Under the pieces are notes generated by a model. It had not been told where the DNA came from. It saw only the letters and a program-made list of their open reading frames with translations, and did not search any database. From an uncultured Acidobacteriota bacterium (GTDB taxonomy: Bacteria; Acidobacteriota; UBA6911), in NCBI GenBank assembly GCA_963843575.1, contig CAWJKZ010000026.1, positions 126,085 to 190,084 of the forward strand: 64,000 nucleotides of DNA, read 5' to 3'. Of the stretch, positions 50,143 to 60,349 are shown piece by piece. A program made the translations under genes and the position numbers. Numbering within the stretch: the first letter of the stretch is position 1; each line of letters begins with the position of its first letter.

Positions 50143-50173
50143 GAAACGTTAGCGTATTTCTGAACACGAGTAC

Positions 50174-51094
50174 TTAGCTGGGGTAATAGCCCTGGCGTGC
50201 GCGGACGCGCAGCCCGGGGCGCGAGGGGATAGAAACGAGGATCTGCCGGAAGGTCCCGTCGCGGCGCTGGTCGGAGGAGTAGTATTCGATCAGGTACTGG
50301 GCCCGGAGTTCCGAGGCAATGCGTGCGAACATCGCGTCGAGCTCGGTCCCGTCGGCAGGGAGGAAGGCGGTGCCGCCGGTGTTGAGGGCCAGTTGCTCCA
50401 ACGCCCCCTGACCCGCCATGCTGACGTTGTTTAGCCGGATGGAAGGGCCGCTTGGATTGATGGCGTAGAAAATACAGTCGGCCCGCTGTACCTCGCGCAG
50501 GGCGCCGGGGAGCTCGTAGGACGTGCTGTGGTTGTCTTCGCCGTCGGAGAGCGCGACCTGGACCCGACGGCTCTCGGGTTCGGCGGACGCTCGAAGAAAC
50601 TGGGCTGCCTTCACCACCACGTCAAAGAAGGCGGTCGACTGCCGCGTGTTCGACACGCTTTCCAGGCGCGTCAAGGCCACGGACAATTCCGTGGTCCGCG
50701 GTGGCGCCAGTCCGGGTTCGGACCCGATGGTGAAGATGGACAGGGCGTCGCCGGGGCGCCAGACCTTTTTCAGGAAGCGCCCGGCAGCGTCGCGCTCGAA
50801 CTCGAACTTCGCCGACACGCTCCCCGACACGTCGATCAGCAGCGCGAGATCCAGCGAGGTTTCTCCGGGCTCCACGACTTTGGCTACAGGCTCCCGCCGG
50901 CCGTCTTCCTGGATGTGGAAGTCCTCGAGGCGCAGATCACGCACCGCGTTGCCGGATGCGTCCGTGACGGAAACCGGCACCATAACGAGGTTCGAACTTA
51001 CGCGGATCACGTCGTCTGCGGGAGGGCCGGTCTGACCGGCAGCGACCGCGAGCAAGGCGAGCGAGCATACCGCGAGTAGGGAGTGGATGCGCAT
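50174..51094 (-). CDS. VWA domain protein (Acidobacterial type)
   Basis: DVSGS, TAFFD, SDGED, TGG, ELRAQY, ARQGYY. Confidence 0.88.
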   Translation of the reverse strand: MRIHSLLAVCSLALLAVAAGQTGPPADDVIRVSSNLVMVPVSVTDASGNAVRDLRLEDFHIQEDGRREPVAKVVEPGETSLDLALLIDVSGSVSAKFEFERDAAGRFLKKVWRPGDALSIFTIGSEPGLAPPRTTELSVALTRLESVSNTRQSTAFFDVVVKAAQFLRASAEPESRRVQVALSDGEDNHSTSYELPGALREVQRADCIFYAINPSGPSIRLNNVSMAGQGALEQLALNTGGTAFLPADGTELDAMFARIASELRAQYLIEYYSSDQRRDGTFRQILVSIPSRPGLRVRARQGYYPS

Positions 51095-51160
51095 CTTGAT
51101 CCTCGCCCGGTTGCCGATCCCGTCTCGGGGCGGCGCGGGCCGCCCGGACGGGGAGAGCAG

Positions 51161-52324
51161 TTACCGCTGGGGGCCGGAGGTCTCGTTGGATGAGGCCGGA
51201 GTGGCCGTGCTGGCCGACTGCACCAACCCCTTGCTCACGAGAATCTTGACCTCGACTCTGCGATTCTCACGGCGTCCCTCGCGGGTCGAGTTGTCGGCCA
51301 CGGGCTGCTTCTCTCCATAGCCAAAGGGCGTGACCAGCCGCCGCAACGGGATCGTGTGGTTCTCGGCGAGGTACTGGATGACGGCGTCGGCGCGCCGCTG
51401 GCTCAGCCTGCGGTTGAAGGCTTCGCTGCCGTCGGACGAAGCAAATCCCGTGACCTCGATCACAAAGCCCTTCTCGGTCTTGGCCTGCTCTGCGATCTTG
51501 TCGAGGTTCTCCTTGGCTTCCTTGGAAAGCACCGCGCTCCCAGCCTTGAAGTTCACAACTGCGCTTTCGCGCACGTCGTAATCGTCCAGAGACGTGATGC
51601 GTTCATTGGCGGCCGACACCCCGGCGTTAGCCTGGTTTGCCGCTTGTTGCGCCTGCCCCGCCGCCTGTTGAGCTTGGTCCGCGGTTTCCTGCGCAGCCTT
51701 CGCCCCACCCCGGGCTGCGTTCGATATGGCTGTCAGTTCCCCGACCTGCCCCGACAGGCGTTGAGCATTCTGCTCGGACTGGCCAAGACGAGTTTCCGCT
51801 TCTCCCAGCCGGCCCTCGACGGGCGTGACGCGCGATTCGAGCGAAGTGGCGACCTTCAAATCGTCGCCCTTGATCTTGATCTCGTCCGCGATCAGCGAAC
51901 CCGAGTTGTCGCCGCGACCCTTGACCTCGACTTGCAGGCCGCGCAGCAACTGGGTCGTGGCGTAATTCTTCGCCCTGCGGAACGGGTTGCTCTTGCGTTC
52001 CTTGACCTGGGTGTTGTTGTTGAGCGCAACCGAAAGGTTCTGGCCGCGCTCGTCGAGAAGGGTGAAGCCGTCGGGCGAACGCTTGAGAATTACGCCTTCG
52101 ACTTCCATCTTCTGGCCAGCGGCGACACTGGTGTTTCCCGCTTTGTTGCCCTGTTCCTCGGTGCTTTGCGTCGCACTCTGGGTTGTGTCCCGCGACTTCT
52201 GGACATCCCCTTGTCCCTGCGTTGCTCCCTTGCTTCCATCTTGAGGACCGGCGTAAGCCGCAAGAGAAATGCCCAACAGCGCAACCAGCAATACGGACGG
52301 ATTGCGGTTTAAGTTGAACTTCAT
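51161..52324 (-). CDS. OmpA family protein with N-terminal OB-like (DUF5666-type) domain and coiled coil
   Basis: NRRLSQRRADAV, GYGEKQP, NRRVEV. Confidence 0.9.
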   Translation of the reverse strand: MKFNLNRNPSVLLVALLGISLAAYAGPQDGSKGATQGQGDVQKSRDTTQSATQSTEEQGNKAGNTSVAAGQKMEVEGVILKRSPDGFTLLDERGQNLSVALNNNTQVKERKSNPFRRAKNYATTQLLRGLQVEVKGRGDNSGSLIADEIKIKGDDLKVATSLESRVTPVEGRLGEAETRLGQSEQNAQRLSGQVGELTAISNAARGGAKAAQETADQAQQAAGQAQQAANQANAGVSAANERITSLDDYDVRESAVVNFKAGSAVLSKEAKENLDKIAEQAKTEKGFVIEVTGFASSDGSEAFNRRLSQRRADAVIQYLAENHTIPLRRLVTPFGYGEKQPVADNSTREGRRENRRVEVKILVSKGLVQSASTATPASSNETSGPQR

Positions 52325-52418
52325 CAGAGGTTTCCTCCCTGGGTTAGCTTCAAATTGGCATTGCCTGGCCAATAGGGCACCCTGCGATAAAGATGCAATA
52401 AAGGGCCCGATATTAGAA

Positions 52419-52463
52419 GGCAATTGCTGTGCCATGCTGTTAAGTTTCACTAATTCGCTGATT
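52419..52463 (-). promoter_or_regulatory. Sigma-54 promoter with upstream IHF-like site
   Basis: TGGCAC-AGCAA-TTGCC at 52419-52434 and AATCAG-CGAA-TTA at 52451-52463. Confidence 0.75.
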
Positions 52464-52609
52464 AGATGATGTTTGTGGCCGCCGTTCCCCTGGCCGGGGA
52501 CGGCCGCACACTCGTTCTGAAGGGTCGGATGGGGGGAAACGCCGAAGTCCAATCGTCGCGGCCGGCCGGGGCCCGCCCGCCAGGGGGACCGGCCGGCCGC
52601 GGGATCTCA

Positions 52610-53329
52610 TCAACGTCTGTAGTTACGGCGATAACCTTCCTCGAAACCCCGGCGATACCCGGCCTGGTAGTCGCGGCGGTCGCCGTAGGAGGACTTGTAT
52701 CCCTCGTCCGCCTCGCGATAGACCTTGTGCCGGTTGGGATCGTAGCTACGCGATTTCGTGTAGTCCTCCTCGCCTTTCTTCTGACCGTCGCGATATCCTC
52801 GATCCATGCCGCGATCAAAGGCGATGCCGTTTCCGGTGCGCTGGTAGTCGGGGTAAGCCCCCCCGGGCAACCGCGTCTCGGGATACCGTCCGGGATAGCT
52901 GTCGGGATACCGCCCGGGATAGCTGTCGGGATACCGCCCGGGATAGCTGCCGGGGTTGCCTTGTGGATAGGCGTCGGGATAGCGGCGGTTGCCGTTGCCG
53001 TTCCTGCGCCCGATGCCCCGGCCCTGGAGGCCGTCGTTGTAGCCGGACTGGTAGCCGGCCCGATATCCTTTTTTGTAGTCCCCTTTGTGGCCCATCGAGT
53101 TGGAATAGCCGTTATCGTCGCGATAGTTACGGTCCCGGTTGCCATATCTGGCACCGGCCCGACTGTCTTGTTCACCGCGGCGCAACCCGTCGGAATAACC
53201 CTGGTCATAACCCGCGCGGTAGACGCCTTCCTTGCTGTCGTCGTACCTGCTCTTGGCATTGGCAGATCCGAGCGCAAACAGGGCGATCAGCGGCAGGAAG
53301 GTTAAGGCCCAGCGTGTTTTGTGTCTCAT
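52610..53329 (-). CDS. Secreted Gly/Tyr/Arg-rich repeat protein
   Basis: Signal peptide and two GYxxGY..G modules separated by a YP-rich linker. Confidence 0.8.
   Translation of the reverse strand: MRHKTRWALTFLPLIALFALGSANAKSRYDDSKEGVYRAGYDQGYSDGLRRGEQDSRAGARYGNRDRNYRDDNGYSNSMGHKGDYKKGYRAGYQSGYNDGLQGRGIGRRNGNGNRRYPDAYPQGNPGSYPGRYPDSYPGRYPDSYPGRYPETRLPGGAYPDYQRTGNGIAFDRGMDRGYRDGQKKGEEDYTKSRSYDPNRHKVYREADEGYKSSYGDRRDYQAGYRRGFEEGYRRNYRR
52881..52952. repeat. 24-bp tandem repeat x3 within the CDS (GRYPDSYP)
   Basis: GGATACCGYCCGGGATAGCTGYCG repeated three times. Confidence 0.9.
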
Positions 53330-53479
53330 CAGTGCACCCCAAAGTTATCGTTCACCTATCTAGATGGGATCGCCCGCGCAATGTTTCAGGAGCGTGCGCA
53401 GGTTGCTCTCCGCACAGGTTACAGGCGGCGGAGATAGGTCTTGAAGCGGCGTGCAAATGCCATAAAATGGAATGATTTG

Positions 53480-56223
53480 GTGGAGGAAAACTTGATCTCG
53501 TACTTCAAGCAGCAGTTGCCGGACACGGATCCGGCGGAGACGCAGGAATGGGTCGATGCCTTGGACGACGTGGTCCGGTTGCACGGCAAGGGACGGGCGC
53601 AGTTCCTGATCCGGCGCGTGCTGAAACGTGCGCGCATGCTGCATGTCGGGGTACCGGAACTGGTGCAGACGCCGTACATTAACACCATCTCGCCGGAGCA
53701 GGAGCCGCCGTTTCCTGGCGACGAAAAGATCGAGAAACGCATTCGCCGGATGATCCGCTGGAACGCCGTAGTCATGGTGACGCGGGCCAACAAGCACTAT
53801 GACGGCATCGGGGGGCACATCTCGACCTATGCGTCCTCGGCAAGCTTGTACGAGGTCGGCTTCAACCATTTCTTCCGGGGGAAAGATGCGGGGAACGAGG
53901 GGGACCAGGTGTATTTTCAGGGTCACGCCGCCCCCGGCATCTATGCTCGCGCATTCCTCGAGGGTCGCTTCACGGAATCCCAGATGGACCATTTCCGGCA
54001 GGGAGTCCGTGCCGGGGCAGGGGCTCTCGTCCTACCCGCACCCGCGCCTGATGCCCGATTTCTGGGAATTCCCCACCGTGTCGATGGGGCTGGGCCCGCT
54101 CAACGCGCTCTACCAGGCTCGCTTCAACCGCTACCTGCATGCCGCGCAACCTGGCGAATACGGAAAACTCGCGCGTGTGGTGTTTCCTCGGCGACGGCGA
54201 ATGCGACGAGCCGGAGGCGCTCGGGTCCCTCTTCCTGGCTTCGCGCGAGAGACTCGACAACCTGACGTTCGTCGTCAACTGCAATCTGCAGCGCCTGGAC
54301 GGCCCGGTGCGCGGCAACGGCAAGATCATCCAGGAACTGGAGATGGTTTTCCGCGGCGCAGGATGGAACGTCATCAAGGTGATCTGGGGCCGCGAGTGGG
54401 ACGACCTGCTGAGGCAGGACGTCGATGGCGTCCTGCTCCGGAAGATGAACGACACGGTCGACGGGGCCTATCAGAAATACGCCACTGCAAAAGGAGATTA
54501 CATCCGGGAGCAGTTCTTCGGACCCGACCCGCGGCTGCGCAGACTCGTGGAGCACCTGAGCGACAAGGATCTCGAGAACCTGCGCCGCGGCGGACACGAC
54601 TACGCGAAGCTCTACGCCGCGTACAAGCTGGCGACCGAGCATCGGGGCGCCCCCACCGTAATCCTCGCCAAGACTGTCAAGGGCTGGGCGCTCGGCGAAG
54701 GTTTCCTCGGAAAGAACGTGACCCACCAGCTCAAGAAGATGAACCTTGATCAGCTGCGGGATTTTCGAGACCGGCTCGAGTTGCCCATCTCGGACCGGCA
54801 GCTGGAGAACGCCCCCTACTATCACCCGGGCCCGAACAGCCTGGAAATCCAATACATGCTCGACCGGCGCGCCGAACTCGGCGGCTGCCTCCCCAAGCGG
54901 GTGGTGCGCAGCAAGCCTCTGCGTCTTCCGCCCGCTGACCTGTATCAGGAATTCCGCGAGGGGACGGGAACGGGACGCGAGGTGTCGACGACGATGGCTT
55001 TCGTGCGGCTGCTGCGGCAGCTCCTGCGCAGCGAGGAAATCGGGCGCCGGATCGTGCCGATCATTCCCGACGAGGCCCGCACCTTCGGCATGGACTCGCT
55101 CTTTCGCGAGGTCGGTATCTACTCTTCCGTCGGGCAGCTCTATGAATCGGTCGACGCCAAGCTGCTGTTGAGCTACAGCGAGTCCAAGGACGGCCAGATC
55201 CTCGAAGAGGGAATCACGGAGGCGGGGAGCACCGCCAGCTTTACCGCGGCCGGCACTTCCTATGCCACGCACGGCGAGATCACGATCCCATTCTACGTTT
55301 TCTATTCGATGTTCGGCTACCAGCGCACGGGCGACCTTTTCTGGGCTTTCGGGGACGCGCGCGGACGCGGATTCGCCATCGGCGCGACCGCCGGCCGCAC
55401 CACGCTGAACGGCGAGGGGCTGCAGCACCAGGACGGCCAGAGCCAGCTGGTTTTCACGGCCATCCCCAACGCCCTGGTCTATGACCCGGCCTACGCCTAC
55501 GAAGTCGCCACGATCGTGCGCGAGGGGCTGAGGCGCATGTACGGGAACCAGGAGGATGTGTTCTACTACATCACGGTCTACAACGAGAACATCGCGCACC
55601 CGCCGATGCCCGACGGGACGGAGGATGGCATCATCAAGGGCCTGTATCGACTGCGGCAGGGGGGCGAGGGACGCGAGCGCGTCCAGCTGTTCGGGAGCGG
55701 CTCCATCCTCCCGTCTGTGCTGAAGGCCCAGCAGCTTCTGGCTGACCAGTTCAACGTCGCGTCGGACGTGTGGAGCGCCACCAGCTACCAGCAACTGCGC
55801 GACGAGGCGTTGTCTGCGGACCGATGGAACCGACTGCATCCGGCCGAGAAGTCGAAGCGCCCCTACGTCGTCGAGGTGCTCGACGGAGTGGAAGGGCCCA
55901 TCGTGGCGGCCACGGACTTCATGCGAACCGTGCCCGATCTGATCCGTCCCTGGGTGAAACAGAAGTTCGTGACCTTGGGTACGGACGGCTATGGCCGAAG
56001 CGACACCCGGGAGGCGCTGCGCCGCTTCTTCGAGGTCGACGCCGAATCCATCGCCGTCGCCGCGCTCCACGCGCTCTGTGAGGAGGGGAAGATCACCGCC
56101 GAAGTGGTGGCGCAGGCCATCCAGCGGCTGAGCATCGATCCCGAGAAACCGGATCCGATGCACCCCGGCGCGGTGCCGCGCACGGCGCTGGCGTGCGGGG
56201 AAGCCCTCGGGCAGGCTCTCTGA
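53480..56223 (+). CDS. aceE: Pyruvate dehydrogenase E1, homodimeric type (apparent frameshifts near 54001 and 54142)
   Basis: [49 protein letters not shown]. Confidence 0.93.
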
Positions 56224-56335
56224 CCCGCGCCGTGGTGCGATAACTCTTCCACCGATGCGGACGCCCCTGTGTTCCCATGGTCTGAATCACCGCTGGTTGA
56301 ACCCGGGTCTCCACGGCCCCGAGCCGGAGGTCTAC

Positions 56336-58588
56336 ATGCGTAAGCTCGCCGTTGCCCCGACCGCCCTTTTGTTGTTATGCGCGCTTCTGCCTGCGGGGGC
56401 TGCACCCCAGCCCCAGTCCGCCGCCGGGAAGAAGCAGTTCACCTACGAGCAGGTCTTCAGTCCCCCGATGGGGATGGGTGAGCGGGGCGGCGAGGGTTCG
56501 GTCACCGGACGCCTTCCTGCTGTTACGGGATGGCTCGATCCGGAGACCTACCTGGAGACCCGTGTCGATCCTCCCGGCGGACCGCGCCGCGTCTACGCCA
56601 TCCGCGCCGCGGACGGCAGCGCGCGGATTTACCGGGATTACGCGGAGGAGCAGAAAAACCTGCCGGCGGGTTTCTCCCTGCAGGGGGCCGTCGCATCCAT
56701 GCCGGACCTCGGCCGCTTCATTTTGAGCCACGAAGCCGACCTCTATTTCTACGACGTCGGGTCGAAACGGCTGCGCCGTCTCACCGCGACGCCCGGGCGC
56801 GAGGAGACCCCTCGTTTTTCGCCCGACGGCGCCTGGGTGGCCTACACGAGGGACCACAACCTGTTTGCCTACGACCTCGAAAACGCGGTCGAACATCAGT
56901 ACACGACCGACGGCAGCGACACGGTCTATAGCGGCTGGGCTTCATGGGTTTACTACGAAGAGATCCTGGGACGCGCCTCGCAGTACGCGGCGTTCTGGTG
57001 GTCGCCCGACAGCACGCGACTTGCCTTCATGCGGTTCGATGACTCGCCTGTACCGGTGTTTCCGATCTACCATGCGGGGGGACAGCACGGAGAACTGGAG
57101 AGACAGCACTACCCGAAGGCCGGCGACCCGAACCCTTACGTTGCCATGGGCATGGTTTCAGTCGCCCGGGGCGAAATCACCTGGGCTGACTTCGAGCCGA
57201 AGGCGGACCACTATCTCGCCTGGCCCGTCTGGACCCCGGACAGCAAGGCGCTGACGGTGCAGTGGATGAACCGCGGCCAGGACACGATACGTTTCTACAA
57301 CTGCGACCCGGAGAGCGGTCGGAAAATGCAGATCTTCGAACAGAAGCAGCCGTCGTGGGTGACATTCTTCGAGGATCTGCAATACCTGCGCGACGGTTCG
57401 GGGTTTCTGCTCCGCAGCGACGTCGACGGTTGGGATCACCTCTACCTGTATGGGAACGACGGCACCTTTAAGAGGCGGCTGACCTCGGGCGACTGGCCCG
57501 TCAACTCGATAGACCGCGTCGATGAAGGCGGCGGTTGGGTGTATTTCACGGGCCGGCCGACCAAGTCGTGGGATGCCCACCTGATGCGCGTCAGGCTCGA
57601 CGGCACCGGGCTGGAGCAGCTTACCGCCGGGGAAGGCACCCATCGCACGCAGGTCTCCCCGGGGGGGAAGTACTTCATCGATTCCGTCAGCACCATTCAC
57701 TCGCCTGGTACCATGACCCTGTGCGACGGCACGGGGATGGCGATCCGGTTGCTCGGGGACGCGAAGAAACCGTCCATGGAGGAATACGGCTGGGGGAAGT
57801 CGGAGCTGTTCACGATCCCGTCCGGGGACGGATTTGACCTTCCGGTGTATTGGATACTGCCGGTCGATTTCGACCCTGCCCGGCAGTATCCGGTCATCTT
57901 CAGCGTCTACGGCGGGCCGGATGCGGGGATGGTGCGCAACAGCTGGCTCGGCCTGCAGCCGCACTACTGGGCGCAGCGGGGCGTAATCACCATCAGCGTC
58001 GACCACCGCGGGAGCGGCCACTTCGGGAAAAAGGGGGCGGCCCTGATGCACCGGAACCTGGGAAAATGGGAGATGGCCGACCTCACGACGGCCGCTCGCT
58101 GGTTGCGGTCCAAGCCGTTTGTCGCCGGCGACCGGATCGGGATCGCGGGAAGCAGCTACGGCGGTTACACCACCATGATGGCGCTCACCTACGCCGCCGA
58201 ACATTTCAATTTCGGGCAGGCGGGCTCGTCGGTGACCGATTGGCAGCTGTACGATTCGGTCTACACGGAGCGGTTCATGGACACGCCCGCCGAGAACCCC
58301 CAGGGATACAAGGAGGGTGCGGTCCTCGCCTGGACGTCGCGCTACAAGGGCGGTCTCCGCATCACCCACGGCACCACCGACGACAACGTGCACCTGCAGA
58401 ACAGTCTCCAGGTCGTCGACTGGCTCACGTCAAACAACAAGCGGTTCGAGCTCATGCTCTACCCGGAGAGCCGCCACGGCATTCAGTCGGGGCAGCGCGC
58501 CCACATGAGCAGGGAGACGCATGATTTCTGGATGAGCCACCTGTTGGGCCTGACGGGGACCAACGCCGACTCCGGCGCTGCCCATTAG
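56336..58588 (+). CDS. S9B dipeptidyl peptidase IV family
   Basis: WVYYEE, YGGP, GSSYGG nucleophile, HGTTDDNVH, His. Confidence 0.92.
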   Translation: MRKLAVAPTALLLLCALLPAGAAPQPQSAAGKKQFTYEQVFSPPMGMGERGGEGSVTGRLPAVTGWLDPETYLETRVDPPGGPRRVYAIRAADGSARIYRDYAEEQKNLPAGFSLQGAVASMPDLGRFILSHEADLYFYDVGSKRLRRLTATPGREETPRFSPDGAWVAYTRDHNLFAYDLENAVEHQYTTDGSDTVYSGWASWVYYEEILGRASQYAAFWWSPDSTRLAFMRFDDSPVPVFPIYHAGGQHGELERQHYPKAGDPNPYVAMGMVSVARGEITWADFEPKADHYLAWPVWTPDSKALTVQWMNRGQDTIRFYNCDPESGRKMQIFEQKQPSWVTFFEDLQYLRDGSGFLLRSDVDGWDHLYLYGNDGTFKRRLTSGDWPVNSIDRVDEGGGWVYFTGRPTKSWDAHLMRVRLDGTGLEQLTAGEGTHRTQVSPGGKYFIDSVSTIHSPGTMTLCDGTGMAIRLLGDAKKPSMEEYGWGKSELFTIPSGDGFDLPVYWILPVDFDPARQYPVIFSVYGGPDAGMVRNSWLGLQPHYWAQRGVITISVDHRGSGHFGKKGAALMHRNLGKWEMADLTTAARWLRSKPFVAGDRIGIAGSSYGGYTTMMALTYAAEHFNFGQAGSSVTDWQLYDSVYTERFMDTPAENPQGYKEGAVLAWTSRYKGGLRITHGTTDDNVHLQNSLQVVDWLTSNNKRFELMLYPESRHGIQSGQRAHMSRETHDFWMSHLLGLTGTNADSGAAH

Positions 58589-58606
58589 AGAGGCGAAGCA
58601 TTCGAG

Positions 58607-60349
58607 GTGGCTATGAAAGCGAGATCGGTCGGATACCTTCTTTTGACGCTGCTGTGGCCCGGGCTGTCCGAGGCGCCAGCCCAGCAAGTCCCCGTCCAGG
58701 AATACTCCCTCCAAAACGGCATGAAGTTCCTCCTGGTGCCGCGCAAGGGCGACCCCAATGTGGCTGCGGGTTGGGTGGCCAAGGTCGGATCGGTCAATGA
58801 GCGCCCCGGCATTACCGGGATCTCGCACCTTTTCGAGCACATGATGTTCAAGGGGACACGGGCCATCGGCACGACCGACATCGAGAAAGACCTGCAGCTC
58901 ATGGCCCGCATGGACGCCGTCAAGGACCAGATCCGCGCCGAGGAGCAGCAACAGTTGCGCCGCCTCCGGCTGGGCGAAATCGACGATCTGAAAGATCCGA
59001 AAAACCGCACCCAGAAGCACCGCGACCTGCTGCTGGAGTTCTCTGCGCTCGAGAAAGAGGCCAGGGACCTGATCGTCAAGAACGAGTTCGACAGGATCTA
59101 CACGACGGCAGGTGCGAGCGGCATGAATGCATCGACCTCCTCGGACTTTACGGCCTACTACATCAACGTCCCCGCCAACAAACTCGAACTGTGGTTCTGG
59201 ATGGAGTCCGACCGGCTGATGAACCCGGTGTTCCGCGAGTTTTACGCCGAACGCGACGTGGTGTTCGAGGAGCGCCGAACCCGCGTGGAAAGCACGCCTA
59301 CGGGCAAGTACGAGGAGGAGTTCGACGCGCTCTTCTGGACGGCGTCTCCCTACGGCTGGCCGACCGTCGGCTGGCCGAGCGATCTCGAGGGGCTGACGCG
59401 GCGCGAAGCCCTCGACTACTTCGCGCTCAACTATGCGCCCAACAACATCGCGGCCTGCCTGGTGGGGGACTTCGACCCGGAGCGCGCCCGCCAACTCGCC
59501 GAGCGGTACTTCGGCCGCCTGAAGCGCAACTTGCGGGACCCCGACCCGGTGCGCACCCGCGAGGTGCCGCAATTAGCCGAGAAGCGCATGATCGCGTTCG
59601 CGGAGACCAATCCCGAAGTGCAAGTCCGCTTCCACACCGTCGCCGACGGGCACAGGGACGAGCCCGCCCTGGTCGTCCTCGGGGCGCTGCTGAACGGACG
59701 GACCGGCCGGCTCTACCGCTCCCTCGTGCTCGATCAGAAGGTCGCAACCGGCTCCTCGGCGGGGCAGAACGGGTTCAAGTGGGAAGGTTACTTCGAGCTG
59801 GGCGGCGTCGCCCGTCCCGAGAGCACCCCGGAAAAAGTCGAGCAGGCGCTCTATGGCGAAATCGCCCGGCTGCAGAAGGAGCCGGTGGGCGAACGCGAGC
59901 TGCAGAAGGTCAAGAATCAGTTCGCGGCCAACAGCTTCCGCCGCGTCCAGAACAACTTCTTCCTGATGCTGCAGCTCCTGCTGGCCGAGAGCAACCGCGG
60001 GTGGCGCAGCTTCAACAAGGATCCCAAGGAAATCGAGGCCGTGACGACCGAAGACGTCCGCAGGGTCGCGGCGCAGTATTTCAAGCCGGAAAATCGGGCC
60101 GTTGCCCTGTACTACACGAAACCAGCGGACACGTCGAGCGAGGACCCGCTGCTGACCGGTTTGTCGGACCAGGAGAAGGCCTTCGTCCGTCAGTTCAAGG
60201 GCATGGTCGACCAGATGCCGACGGAGAAGGCGAGAGAGTACCTGCAGAAACTCGAAGGACAGCAGTCGGCCGCTCCCCCCGAGAAGGAACGGGTGCTCGG
60301 GATCCTGCGCACTCTGCTGGAGGATAAGATCCGGAAGGGAGGGAAGTGA
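58607..60349 (+). CDS. M16B (pitrilysin-like) peptidase, catalytic subunit
   Basis: GISHLFEHMMF (HxxEH), NAST, VFEERR. Confidence 0.9.
   Translation: MAMKARSVGYLLLTLLWPGLSEAPAQQVPVQEYSLQNGMKFLLVPRKGDPNVAAGWVAKVGSVNERPGITGISHLFEHMMFKGTRAIGTTDIEKDLQLMARMDAVKDQIRAEEQQQLRRLRLGEIDDLKDPKNRTQKHRDLLLEFSALEKEARDLIVKNEFDRIYTTAGASGMNASTSSDFTAYYINVPANKLELWFWMESDRLMNPVFREFYAERDVVFEERRTRVESTPTGKYEEEFDALFWTASPYGWPTVGWPSDLEGLTRREALDYFALNYAPNNIAACLVGDFDPERARQLAERYFGRLKRNLRDPDPVRTREVPQLAEKRMIAFAETNPEVQVRFHTVADGHRDEPALVVLGALLNGRTGRLYRSLVLDQKVATGSSAGQNGFKWEGYFELGGVARPESTPEKVEQALYGEIARLQKEPVGERELQKVKNQFAANSFRRVQNNFFLMLQLLLAESNRGWRSFNKDPKEIEAVTTEDVRRVAAQYFKPENRAVALYYTKPADTSSEDPLLTGLSDQEKAFVRQFKGMVDQMPTEKAREYLQKLEGQQSAAPPEKERVLGILRTLLEDKIRKGGK

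Noticed and set aside
14826-56223. Programmed frameshifting or pseudogenisation of fhs, leuC-like, acnA and aceE
   Set aside because: The breaks are mostly single extra bases in short homopolymers in otherwise intact genes, with no slippery heptamers. Long-read indel error is the most likely cause; read polishing would confirm it.
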